From: an uncultured delta proteobacterium
GTDB lineage: Bacteria > Desulfobacterota > RBG-13-43-22
Assembly: GCA_963843145.1 (NCBI GenBank)
Contig: CAWJJC010000017.1
Coordinates: forward strand, 1 to 64,000
Direction of reading: 5' to 3'
DNA: 64,000 nt
This document shows, in pieces, positions 41,336 to 51,328 of this stretch (position 1 is its first letter; every line of letters starts with the position of its first letter). The notes beneath the pieces are model-generated. The model was not told the DNA's origin, made no database searches, and worked only from the letters and a program-made list of their open reading frames with translations. The position numbers and the translations under genes were made by a program.

Positions 41336-43102
41336 CTATTTTACCTCCCCCAAACGAAGCACGGCATCAATCTCTTGGAGGATGGAATAGTTCTGGCGGG
41401 CGCTGCCGGCCGTCTCGACCAGGCCGACCAACCGCTGGGTGGCCGGCTTGAGCAGATGCCAGCCCCCGACCAAACGGACCAGGACTTGAAAGAGGAAGAA
41501 AGAAAGAAGACTCACTATGAGGATGGCGACGGTGGCGTGAAGAAAATATTCGGGGACCAGGGTCTGCTGCCAGAGAAAACTTTTTACACTTTGATAAGCA
41601 AAGAGCCCCATGACCGCCAAGGTCGGAAGATTGAAGATCAACTGCAGAATAAAACCGGATAGGTTTCCTACCCGGCGGTTCAGGGCCTCTTCCAAAGCGC
41701 CTTTCCAGGAAGAGGCCAGGCGCAGACGGAGGTCTTCCTCGTCCTGCAAGACCGCTTTGGCCTCGCGCACCCCCTGATTAAATCCCAGGGCAATCAGTCT
41801 TCCGGCCAAATCCGGCCAAACCTGCTGGATGGTAAAACGATATTTGAGCAAGACGGAAGCCATATCACCTCCTGCGGTGGCTTCTTCAACCGCCTGACGT
41901 GTCTTCCGGTAACGGACCAGGGAGGAAATCAAACCCCAGAGCTGCAGCAACGGGTTTCCAAAACGCAACGTGGCCAAAACACCGGCCCCGGCCATCAGAA
42001 ATCGGGCCCAGAGGGCCACCAGCCATCCTACCGGGCCCCACCAGCGATCGGCCAATTTTTGATAAAACAGGGCTTGTATCCCGCTCAACATCTCCTCCCC
42101 GCTTTCCTTCAGGGTTTCCGTTGCGGCCCTGGTCGCCTTTTGTTCCAGATCCAGGATGTCCTTTCTGATCTCCGTCAGTCTTTCCGGCACTCCCGCCAGG
42201 GTGTGCCGGACCGTTTGGTGTATCCATTCAACCAGATGGTCCGCCCTTTCCAGCCGAACGTCCACCAAGCGCCCTTCCTGGTTGAGGGTCCCGAAGATCT
42301 GATTATGGAGTTGCGGGTATTGATCGAAGCGATGTCCGGGTTTTTCGTCTTCCAGCCAGCCCGGCGCTTTCAAATGGTCGCGGGCACTGAGACAAAATAC
42401 GTGGTCGACCTTTCTTCGCCAGGAGGTCTCCAGATGGGTCTGGAGGTCCGGGAGGATAACGGTCTTTAATTCTTCTTCCGGCAGGCGGTCGCAGCGGTTC
42501 AAAACCACGTAAAGCGAGAGGCCGGGAAAGAGCTCAACGAACCGTTTAAGAAAAACGATGGTATCCCGGCGTTTGGGATTTTCGGCATTCAAGACACAGA
42601 CCAGCACGTCGGTCAGGGCGATGGTTTTCTCCAGAAGCGGATGAAAGGGCAGACTTTCCATGCTGTCCATATCCGGGGTGTCCACCAAGATGACCTGTTC
42701 CAATCCAGCCGCGAGCGGACGGGGCTCCACCTCGACCGCGGCCGGATCCAGGCCCTGAAGCAGGATTTCGGCATCAGCCCGGGATCGGCAGAAAACGACG
42801 ACACCTCTAGTGGTTGGCCGGTCGATTCCGACAGGGGAAAGGTGGTCTTCACCGGCCAGGGCGTTCAAGAGGGTCGATTTTCCGGCCCCGCTGGGACCGA
42901 CCAGGGTGACCACCAATTTGTGGACCAACCGTTCCTCCATTTTTTCCAGCAAATCGACGGCCGCTCGGCATTCCGACGATAGGGTCCGGCCGGGAATCCA
43001 GTGGCCGGCGGTTTCAGCCGTGGTCTGGATTTGTCTAATGGATTCCCTGGCGGCCGATAACCGCCCGCGGGCCTTAAGCGGATAGAAGTCGTCCTGGATC
43101 AT
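41336..43102 (-). CDS. Dynamin-like/Era-like GTPase with C-terminal transmembrane segments
   Basis: GPSGAGKS (G1), RPTT (G2), DTPD (G3), NRCD (G4); long helical region and hydrophobic C-terminus. Confidence 0.8.
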   Translation of the reverse strand: MIQDDFYPLKARGRLSAARESIRQIQTTAETAGHWIPGRTLSSECRAAVDLLEKMEERLVHKLVVTLVGPSGAGKSTLLNALAGEDHLSPVGIDRPTTRGVVVFCRSRADAEILLQGLDPAAVEVEPRPLAAGLEQVILVDTPDMDSMESLPFHPLLEKTIALTDVLVCVLNAENPKRRDTIVFLKRFVELFPGLSLYVVLNRCDRLPEEELKTVILPDLQTHLETSWRRKVDHVFCLSARDHLKAPGWLEDEKPGHRFDQYPQLHNQIFGTLNQEGRLVDVRLERADHLVEWIHQTVRHTLAGVPERLTEIRKDILDLEQKATRAATETLKESGEEMLSGIQALFYQKLADRWWGPVGWLVALWARFLMAGAGVLATLRFGNPLLQLWGLISSLVRYRKTRQAVEEATAGGDMASVLLKYRFTIQQVWPDLAGRLIALGFNQGVREAKAVLQDEEDLRLRLASSWKGALEEALNRRVGNLSGFILQLIFNLPTLAVMGLFAYQSVKSFLWQQTLVPEYFLHATVAILIVSLLSFFLFQVLVRLVGGWHLLKPATQRLVGLVETAGSARQNYSILQEIDAVLRLGEVK

Positions 43103-45072
43103 CGGAGATAACCTCGCAATAAGTCCAGTTCTTTTTTAATTTCTTCAATTAATTGATCGAGGCCCCCTCTCATTTTTACTATTTCCTCGATCACACCGCC
43201 GGTAATGGTTTCTTCGAAGACTTCCCGAACGATAATGGCCCGGTTTTCTAGCCACCGTCTGACCACCGGCTCCAGCATGTCGGAAAGCTGTTTCCGTCCG
43301 GTTTCATCCAGGCCGGCCGAAGCGGGGATGGAAACCAGGGCCCATAAATCGTGCATACCGAAGATACCGTGAAGTTTGGCGTAAAGGCCGCTCCCGCCCA
43401 CCGGGTCACCGGTGGTCAGAATATAGGCGATACCGAGGGTGGCCGGTAAGACGTTCAACGAAGCAAAAAATGATTCACGGGTTCTTTGAAGAAAATTCAT
43501 TTGCAGACGGAATTCGTTAATCAGGCTGGTCAGCTCTGCGGTCAAAACGGCATCTTCGGAAATATCCAAAAGGTTTCGGGCCGTGGAAACAATCCGCTCG
43601 GAGGTAGCCGACCAGGGACGGCCCTCCAATGCTTTCCGGACGGCAGCGGTACCCTCGGGAGCAACCACGTGCAGGGTTACGGTTCCTCTGCTGGGGGCCA
43701 TCTGTCGAAAAGGCAACTGTATTTCCTTGGATCCCCGGTGTTGGCGAATATGATCGACCAGGGCGATCAGGCGGGACCCTTCCGGTTCTTTGGCCACGAT
43801 CTCGGCCACTAATTCCTCGGCCAGGAGGTGGTCACGCAGTTCCGAGGCCGCGCCCAGGAGGTTGGATTTGATTTCCTCCAGCGGATCGATCGGTTGGGCG
43901 AAAGAACCTTTTTGGGAGGCCTCATCCCCCTGGGCCAGGTTCAGTAGCGATAAAAGCATCCGGGCAGGTTTACCGAGGACGCTGCCCACGCCGCGGAAGA
44001 ACTTGAGGTGCGGCGGACTGGTTTCCAGCCAGAGATCATTCATGCTTTGGAGGATCTTCTTGACCGGAATAGAAACCAGGGATTGTTGAACGGCCCGCCC
44101 GAGGGCCAGTTGCAGCGTACCGACATACAGGTCGATCTCCTCCCGCGCGACCTTGGAGGTCTTCATGAGCTGCCGCACATAACCGACGAAGGCCTCCAGG
44201 GTAGAGAGAATCTGTCGTTCCCTGATGGCCCGCGGGTCCAGTCTTCGTAACAATTCCATCAAATCCGGTTCTCCGGAACGGATCGGTCGCGGATTCATGA
44301 AAGCCTGACCGGCGGCCACCTCGTCGCTGGTGTCGGTTCGGTAGGTGCCGATCAGATACTCCTCTTGGGCCGGCCCATATAAATTGGAGGCCGTGGTCTT
44401 CAAATGTTCTCTGGCCTGCTGGTCCTCGATCGTGCGGGAACAACTATAGACCAGGATTAAGCGCCGCATCCCGGTCTCGGTTAGAATCTGCCGCATAAAG
44501 CGGGTGTTCTCCAGATTGTTGTAGGTCGTATTGGTGACAATATAGATCAGGACGTTACAGGCCTCCAGCACCTCCCGGGCGATGGGACGGTTCAGATAAC
44601 GGTCGTCGGACCCGGTATCAAAGTCGGGGGTGTCCATCCAGACCTGATCCTGCGGCACATCCGGGTGGGACACCACCAGCGGCGGACCGGGCTCCAGCAG
44701 GGCCGTTGAATCCTCAAGGGTCTGGGGAATGAAACCAAAAGGCTCAAAGAGGTTTTCCATAAAGTTCTTCTGGCGGAGTATGACGGGGTGTATAGCCGCC
44801 AGAACACGGCGGGTGCTTCCGGCGTCACCTCGGGCCGGTGAGAGACGGATCTTCAACAGAGAATTAAACAAGGTGGACTTCCCTGAGTTGGCGCCACCGC
44901 AGACGGCCACCATGAGGGGCAGGCGTTTATCAATCAGCGGAAGCAGCTTGGCATCCAGGTTTCTCCACTGTTCGCTCGAATCCGGGTCACTGGTCCGGAT
45001 CAAATCGACCAGTCGGGGGAGAAGTTCGCGCAAATGGAGGAGCGGTTGTTTTAATTGATCAATGTTGGACAT
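43099..45072 (-). CDS. Dynamin-like GTPase with a membrane-associated segment
   Basis: GGANSGKS, GSTRR, DTPDFD; G4 degenerate. Overlaps the next gene by ATGA. Confidence 0.75.
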   Translation of the reverse strand: MSNIDQLKQPLLHLRELLPRLVDLIRTSDPDSSEQWRNLDAKLLPLIDKRLPLMVAVCGGANSGKSTLFNSLLKIRLSPARGDAGSTRRVLAAIHPVILRQKNFMENLFEPFGFIPQTLEDSTALLEPGPPLVVSHPDVPQDQVWMDTPDFDTGSDDRYLNRPIAREVLEACNVLIYIVTNTTYNNLENTRFMRQILTETGMRRLILVYSCSRTIEDQQAREHLKTTASNLYGPAQEEYLIGTYRTDTSDEVAAGQAFMNPRPIRSGEPDLMELLRRLDPRAIRERQILSTLEAFVGYVRQLMKTSKVAREEIDLYVGTLQLALGRAVQQSLVSIPVKKILQSMNDLWLETSPPHLKFFRGVGSVLGKPARMLLSLLNLAQGDEASQKGSFAQPIDPLEEIKSNLLGAASELRDHLLAEELVAEIVAKEPEGSRLIALVDHIRQHRGSKEIQLPFRQMAPSRGTVTLHVVAPEGTAAVRKALEGRPWSATSERIVSTARNLLDISEDAVLTAELTSLINEFRLQMNFLQRTRESFFASLNVLPATLGIAYILTTGDPVGGSGLYAKLHGIFGMHDLWALVSIPASAGLDETGRKQLSDMLEPVVRRWLENRAIIVREVFEETITGGVIEEIVKMRGGLDQLIEEIKKELDLLRGYLR

Positions 45073-45257
45073 TGCCTTTTTTATGGTAAAAGGTGAGAAA
45101 AAGGGTTTCTCCTTGGATGTCCTGAGCGGAGGCGACCTCTCTCCGCAGAGTCGCCGGCCGGGAGAAGGCAACGGGTAGAATGATGACGGACATTCCAGGA
45201 AGCGCCGAGCCGACGGAAGGATCGGTTGGAGACTCCGTCATTGAAGTCCGATTTTAA

Positions 45258-46889
45258 TCAATTCATCGGAACGGGGATAAAGGGGGTTTTCAAGCCGATT
45301 ACGTTGTAGGCCATGACCGGTTCGCTGAAGCCTTTCACCTCCAGGGCACCGATTTCTTCCACCTCCACCAGATCCTCCACTTGAAAAAGGGTCTTGCGGC
45401 TGATCAGGATCTGGCCTCCCTTGGCTGCGGCGCATAATCGGGCGGCCAGGTTGGTGGTCTTCCCAATGGCGGCGTAGTCCATTCGCCCTTCGAAACCGAT
45501 ATTGCCCACATAAACGTAGCCGGTGGAAATCCCAAAGGATATATCCAGGGTATAGCCTAATTTGTTCCATTTGGCCCGCAGGTCGACCAAACGCTCCCGG
45601 GCGGCGGTGGCCATGGCCACCGCCCGGCGGGCATGATCCTTAAAACGGACCGGGGCGCCAAAAAAAACCATCACCCCATCCCCGGCAAACCGCTCCAGGG
45701 TCCCGTCAAATTCAAAAATTATTTCGCCGTACACGGCATGAAAGTCACTCAGCATGGCGATAATCTCTTCCGGTTCCGAAGTCTCCGAGAAATGGGTATA
45801 GTTCCGCAGATCGGAAAAGACGATAGAGACTTCCTGGCGGGTAGGCTTCAGAACGTGCGATTCATCACCGGACAGCACCGCCGCCACCAACTGGGGGGAA
45901 AGGTAGCGCTTCAGTCGGGTGATGCGTTCAGCCTCGGAGACATCCTCACTGACCCGCTTTTCCACCTGGGAGGTCACCAGAATGGCTTCTTTTCGCAACC
46001 GGTTCATTTCAATCATGTTGCGAATCCGCACCTGAAATTCCGTGAAATCCTGATGATGCAGGATTTCATCCACCCCGGAACGAATGAGGGTCTGGGCCTC
46101 GATCCAAGGCTCCCCATGGAGTAACAAGACAATGGGCATGTTTTGTGAATGGGAACGCAGTTCCTGATAAATTTCCAGAGGCTCCGGGATCTGATGGCAG
46201 AGCAGGATGCAATCGGGCAGAGGGTTCTCCAGGGCCGCCCGGACCTGATTTCGCTCGGTGGCCTGCCGGATCACCACCCCGGAAGCGACCAGCAGTTCAA
46301 GTTGCTGCTCAATTTTCGAACATCCGGGATGAATGACCAGAAGAGAAGGTGGTTCTTGGTTAGGGGGAAATCAGAGGAATGGAGGGTGCCAGGGGTTCCC
46401 CTATGGTCTTCGGCTTGCCCTCCGGCGATTTCTCCAGAGAAGGTCTCTCGGCTTCGCCCCCGACGATTTCTTCGGCCAAGGTTTTTCCGCCTTCTCCGGT
46501 TCAGCGGCTTGCGGTCGCCGGGCAGCCCTTGGATCGCTCTGCCTGAGCCCCGGATCCTGGGTCTGAGCCGGCGGAGCCGGAAGGACCGCTTCTCTTTCAG
46601 GGATCTGTTCCAGGACGATTTCCGACAGCCCCAGACGTATCTTATCTCCGGGATGCAGCAAGACCCGGGTAATCCGCTGTTCATTGACCAGGGTGCCGTT
46701 GGCGCTGTGCAAATCCTCCAAGAACAGCCCCTCGGACATCAGTTGCAGCAGGCAATGTTCCCGAGAAACCAGCGGGTCGTTGATGACCACTTCGCAATGA
46801 GGGGTCCGACCGATCCTGGCCAACGGTTTTTCTACGGTATAGATCCAACGCTTTCCGACAGATGGGGTAATTTGGAGTTTATAGAGCAT
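45258..46889 (-). CDS. FHA-linker-receiver-like-class III nucleotide cyclase; probably one gene with two homopolymer frameshifts
   Basis: FHA: IGR...VSREH...SANGT. Cyclase: VFSDLRNYT, ERFAGDG, NLAARLC. A bridging frame TLAEEIVGGEAERPS...PLISP joins them via the A-run near 46482-46486 and the C-run near 46353-46357. Confidence 0.8.
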
Positions 46890-47012
46890 ACCGTGTTCTT
46901 CATCTAGATTTTTTTATGATTATACTCCCAAGGTCCAGCAAAGTCAAACCTCCGAAAAAACTGGGATTGACTCCGGTCGAAAGGTTTGCTATTAGAATAG
47001 CGACCACTATTT

Positions 47013-48251
47013 ATGGAATCCTCCACTATCCGCAAAGACTTCATCTTGCTGATCGCCAGCCGGGTTTTTACTCGGATCGGAGACGGCTTTTTGCGCATCC
47101 TCTCGGTCCTCCTGGTGGCCGCCAAAAGCCATGATCCCATGATCGCCGGCTTGGTGCTGGTGTTTCGCTATGTCTGCGAAATACTGATCAACGCCATATC
47201 CGGCCCCTTTATCGACAAACTGCATATTCGCACCTCCCTGATGGCCGCCGAGCTGCTGCGGACGATCCTGAGCCTGCTGCTGGTGGCGGCCGTGCTTCGG
47301 GGTTATCCCTACCCGGTTTATCTGGTCCTCTCTTTTTTGGGAGATTTTGTCTTTATTTTCTTTAAACCGGCGTCCGACAAGGTGGTTAAAGTCAATTTCC
47401 CGGTTAAGGAAGGAACCAAAGTCTTATCCCAGGTGGACGCCGCCAACCATTTCAGCAATATCGCGGGTTACGCCCTGGCCAGTCTGGTGTCCGGTTGGCT
47501 GGGGCTCAAAGTGGCGGTTCTTTGGGGACCGCCTCTATTCTTTATTTCCTTCCTGCTGGTCACCCGCCTACGACTGAGCGGAGAATCCGTCATCGATTAC
47601 CAGAGGGTCCGTAAAAAATCCTATTGGGCCAGCCAAAAAGAGGGGCTCCGCTATACCTGGGGCAAGAAACCGCTGCGGCTTTTATTAATCGGCCGCTCCC
47701 TGGTAGCGGTGGGCCGCGGCTCCTTTACCGTACTTTCGGTGGTTTACTTGGCCCACATGGCCAAGGGCCTGTCGTCCTACGGCTATTTTGAATCCGCCCA
47801 ATCCGCGGGCAAGGTGTTGGTCACCGCCCTGGTGATCCCTTTTTTCTTCGCTTACCGTTCTACCTTTTTTCTCACCGCGGTATCCCTGCTCGTCATCGGG
47901 GCGTCCTTCTTCGGCTTTAACCTGGTAAATGATATCTACCTGGCCTGTCTGGTGGGGGTCCTGGTAGGCGCCGGGCAGGCCTCCGAAGCCGTGGGGATTG
48001 ACGCCATGTTGAACCGCTACTCCGAGGCCCACATTCAGGGAAGGGCCAAATCCACCACCAGTTTCGGTAGTCGCATTTTTGGTTTGGCGGCCATGGGGGC
48101 GGTTTATCTACTGGTGACCACCTTTCAGGTCTCAGCCCGCACCCTTTTCGGCTGGCTGGGTATTTTCCCCGTTTTGGGATCCTTGGTGTTCTTTTTTGGC
48201 TGGAGGGCCGAAAAAGAGGAACGAAACAAAAATCTGTCCGCAGAGAGGTGA
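47013..48251 (+). CDS. MFS transporter (macrolide-efflux/DHA3-like)
   Basis: About 12 hydrophobic segments; motif A-like GPFIDKLHIR; EGLRYTW, HIQGRA. Confidence 0.85.
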   Translation: MESSTIRKDFILLIASRVFTRIGDGFLRILSVLLVAAKSHDPMIAGLVLVFRYVCEILINAISGPFIDKLHIRTSLMAAELLRTILSLLLVAAVLRGYPYPVYLVLSFLGDFVFIFFKPASDKVVKVNFPVKEGTKVLSQVDAANHFSNIAGYALASLVSGWLGLKVAVLWGPPLFFISFLLVTRLRLSGESVIDYQRVRKKSYWASQKEGLRYTWGKKPLRLLLIGRSLVAVGRGSFTVLSVVYLAHMAKGLSSYGYFESAQSAGKVLVTALVIPFFFAYRSTFFLTAVSLLVIGASFFGFNLVNDIYLACLVGVLVGAGQASEAVGIDAMLNRYSEAHIQGRAKSTTSFGSRIFGLAAMGAVYLLVTTFQVSARTLFGWLGIFPVLGSLVFFFGWRAEKEERNKNLSAER

Positions 48252-49477
48252 CTATGACATCGGCCCAGAAACCCCTTCAAGCGTATGAAGCCCCGGAATT
48301 GGAAGATCAGGCCGTGGTTTTTTTTGAGGCCCTGCAACAGGCGGCCACCGCCGGGTTCAAGGAAAGCGATCAAGTCTACGGCGGAGTCACCCTGGGAATC
48401 AACCTGCCGCCTCTCGGGGAGGGGGATCGCGGCATCGTCTATCCGCTGCGTTCCCATTCGCTAACCCTCCCGGAAGCCCGGGGGCCTCTCTGCCTCAAGG
48501 TGGCCAAACAGCAGCCGGTTTGTCGAGAACGTCTCCTGGAAGAGGCCATGACCACGGAATTTTTCCTTTCCGAACAGGTGTACGTCCCTCGTATATATCA
48601 TTTGGATCCCTTAGGCCGTTTTTGCATCAAAGAATTTGTAGAGGGGGAATCCATTACCAGCCTTTATCTGCGTTTCAATGAATTATCGGTTAAAAGCCAG
48701 CAATTGATCCTGGAAGGCCTGGAAAAATTCTTAAACCGTCTTCTGGAATTATTCAAAAAGCGGCCCGATTGCAAAGTCAGCGTCAGCCCTAATAACATTT
48801 ATGTCTTGAGCGAAGGGGGGAAATTTAAAGATCCCACTCAATTTGTCTTGATCGATCCGGGGACCACCTTAAAAAAAAATTACGAAGGCTATACCTTCAA
48901 CAAGTACTGGAATGAAGTCCTGCCCGACCGCATCCGCAAATACCAGCGCACCGGTTACCTGCAGTGGCTGGTGCCTCAGGAAGTGACCCAATCCGAACGG
49001 GACGAGGCCAAGGAATTTGAAATTTTCCATGACCTGAAACCGGCGGAAATATTCCTGCTCCTAAAAACCGCCAAGACCATTGAATTCGAACCGGAGGAAA
49101 TCATCCTCCGGGAAGGGGCCATCGGGGAAAATTTTTACCTGATCCTGGAGGGGGAGGTAGAGGTGCGGCGGGGGCATTATTCCAAACCGGGTTCCTGGCA
49201 CCTGCGGATCGGACGGGGATCGGTCCTGGGGGAAATGGCCTTCCTGCTCCATGTCCCCCGGTCCATGACCGTCGTGGCCGCTACCCCCTGCAAATTGATC
49301 GAAATCGATCAGGACAAGTTCAACGAGCTTTTGGAGGCCAACCTCACGGCCCCCTATAAGCTCATCAAAAACATCTCGGTTATTTTGGCTGAACGGCTTT
49401 TCCAATTGACCGTCAAGCATGAAAAGGTTTTGGAGAATCATGATCCTAACGCCTCCGGGGAAACCTCCCATGGATGA
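48248..49477 (+). CDS. Atypical protein-kinase-like domain fused to a cyclic-nucleotide-binding domain
   Basis: LGEGDRGIVY, LKVAK, SVSPNNIY, LIDPG; then REGAIGENFYLILEGEV...LGEMAF...PRSMTV. Confidence 0.8.
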   Translation: MTMTSAQKPLQAYEAPELEDQAVVFFEALQQAATAGFKESDQVYGGVTLGINLPPLGEGDRGIVYPLRSHSLTLPEARGPLCLKVAKQQPVCRERLLEEAMTTEFFLSEQVYVPRIYHLDPLGRFCIKEFVEGESITSLYLRFNELSVKSQQLILEGLEKFLNRLLELFKKRPDCKVSVSPNNIYVLSEGGKFKDPTQFVLIDPGTTLKKNYEGYTFNKYWNEVLPDRIRKYQRTGYLQWLVPQEVTQSERDEAKEFEIFHDLKPAEIFLLLKTAKTIEFEPEEIILREGAIGENFYLILEGEVEVRRGHYSKPGSWHLRIGRGSVLGEMAFLLHVPRSMTVVAATPCKLIEIDQDKFNELLEANLTAPYKLIKNISVILAERLFQLTVKHEKVLENHDPNASGETSHG

Positions 49478-50441
49478 ACCGAAACCCCATACGGAAATAT
49501 GCCCCCGTTGTGAGGAAGGTTTTTTAGTAACGGTTCAAACCCCTCAGGATATTACCATCGAAGGGTCCATTGTCCGTATCCCCAACGTCCAGGTGGATGA
49601 GTGCCGGGTTTGCGGCTTTCGCTCCCTTTCCGGCAGGGAAGTGGGCTTGTTCGAAATCCTTTTCGCTCCCCAGTATGCCCGAATCAGCGATTTGATCCTG
49701 GCCCTTCAGACCGCCGGTTATTACGGCATGTTCTTGAGGGAGGACCGGTCGGAAACTTTCATCGGCTTCGGGTCCCGGGATTACGTGGCCAACCTGGCGG
49801 AAGATCTGCGGGTCCTTTATCTGGATAACGAATCCAGCCACGTCATTCAGGGGCTGGGCGGCTTTCCCTCCGGGTTCATCCCCATCAACCTGGCCGGCAA
49901 TCATTATACCGTCAAGCTGCCCAGGATCGGGGAAGGGGAAAATGGGATCGTCTACGACTATCAGGAAGCCCCGCAGGCGGTCTTGAAACTCGCCAAACCC
50001 CGTCCCTACAGTCGAAATCATCTGAAGGAGGAATACGAGGTAACGGACTTTTTCGAAAGGCAGGGCGTTCCCGTACCGCGCATCCTGTTGAGCGATCCCT
50101 ACGGCAGCTTCATGATCAAAGAGCGTCTGGCCGGAGAGTCCCTGGCCAAAACCTATTTTTCCCTGGGTGGACCGGGCAATTCGGCCTATCGATTGGTCCG
50201 GGAGAGCGTGCAGGCCTTCATTGACCGGCTGATAGACCTTTTCGACAAAAACCCGGAAGTGAAAACCTCGGTCAGTCCCAATAATATTTTTGTTTTACTA
50301 AAGGGAAATGACTGCCAGTGCCTGTTGGTGGATACCGGTCCCGCCCCTTGCCACGATTATTCGGGGTTTAATTTCGACCACTACTGGGAAACGGTGATCC
50401 CGCAAAAGATCAAACAATATGCTGCCGCCGGGTATCTCTAG
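49470..50441 (+). CDS. YgiT/MqsA-type zinc finger fused to an atypical kinase-like domain
   Basis: CPRC...IPNV..DECRVCG; IGEGENGIVY, LKLAK, SVSPNNIF, LVDTG. ATG overlaps the previous stop. Confidence 0.75.
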   Translation: MDEPKPHTEICPRCEEGFLVTVQTPQDITIEGSIVRIPNVQVDECRVCGFRSLSGREVGLFEILFAPQYARISDLILALQTAGYYGMFLREDRSETFIGFGSRDYVANLAEDLRVLYLDNESSHVIQGLGGFPSGFIPINLAGNHYTVKLPRIGEGENGIVYDYQEAPQAVLKLAKPRPYSRNHLKEEYEVTDFFERQGVPVPRILLSDPYGSFMIKERLAGESLAKTYFSLGGPGNSAYRLVRESVQAFIDRLIDLFDKNPEVKTSVSPNNIFVLLKGNDCQCLLVDTGPAPCHDYSGFNFDHYWETVIPQKIKQYAAAGYL

Positions 50442-51322
50442 CCAAAAATATTTGAAATATTTTTGGCTTCTCGCAGCCGTTTTAATGTTTGAATATTGAT
50501 TTCATCCCAGGGGCGGTCCTCCTGTTTTCCTTTGGGGGTTTCCAAAATAAACGGCCGGCCCGACAAGCGGGGATCCCGCAGGAGCCTTTCAAAAGTTGGG
50601 ATCCCCAGTCCCCCCAGCCCGATCTGTTCATGGCGATCCCCCTTGGCCCCCAAGGACGTTTTGGAATCATTGGCATGAACCACCTTCAGCCGTTTCAGCG
50701 TAATCAGCCGGTCAAAGGACACAAAAAAATCCTCGTAGGTTTCCGTCCGGGAAAGATCATACCCGGCGGCATAGACATGGCAGGTATCCAGACAAACCCC
50801 CAAACGCGCTTCATTCCGGCTCAAGCCGATGATGTCCCTCAAGTGCTCCAGACGGGAACCCAATTGGGTCCCGGCGCCGGCAGTGGTTTCCAGCAGGATC
50901 TGAATGTCAGGCACCTCCGCCCGGGACAGGGCCCTGTCAATCCCCTGGGCAATCCGCCGCAGGCCGACCTTCTCCCCCGCCCCCTGGTGGCTCCCGGGAT
51001 GAAGAACCAGGAAAGGAATTCCGAGCCGGGCCGAGCGCACCAATTCCAGGGCCAGGGTGAGTCCGGATTTCCGGCGCAGGCCCGGATCGGGTGAGGCCAT
51101 GTTCAACAGGTAGGAGGCATGGGCCACCACCGGGGCGATCCCCGTCCGGACCTGCTCCCGGGCAAAGCACTCCACCTCTTCCAACGACAGATCACCCGCG
51201 GCCCACTGCACATTGGGCTTGACAAAAAGCTGGAGGCATTCCCCGCCCACGGCCACGAGGCGCTCAAAAACCCGATGCAACCCCCCGGCCATGGACATGT
51301 GGGCGCCGACAGGATTCACCAC
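50438..51322 (-). CDS. nfo: Endonuclease IV
   Basis: GAHMS, HASYLLN, LHPGS, LETTAG, DTCH, HANDSK, DRHE, ILETP. Confidence 0.95.
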   Translation of the reverse strand: MVNPVGAHMSMAGGLHRVFERLVAVGGECLQLFVKPNVQWAAGDLSLEEVECFAREQVRTGIAPVVAHASYLLNMASPDPGLRRKSGLTLALELVRSARLGIPFLVLHPGSHQGAGEKVGLRRIAQGIDRALSRAEVPDIQILLETTAGAGTQLGSRLEHLRDIIGLSRNEARLGVCLDTCHVYAAGYDLSRTETYEDFFVSFDRLITLKRLKVVHANDSKTSLGAKGDRHEQIGLGGLGIPTFERLLRDPRLSGRPFILETPKGKQEDRPWDEINIQTLKRLREAKNISNIFG

Positions 51323-51328
51323 TCTCTC

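Noticed and set aside
49470-49620. MqsRA toxin-antitoxin module
   Set aside because: Only the Zn-finger is present; there is no HTH and no adjacent MqsR-like toxin.
45258-50441. Calling the cyclase cluster a Pycsar or CBASS system
   Set aside because: The architecture differs (FHA-REC fusion, divergent layout, no TIR or typical TM effector) and the GC content resembles the core genome; kept as an analogy only.
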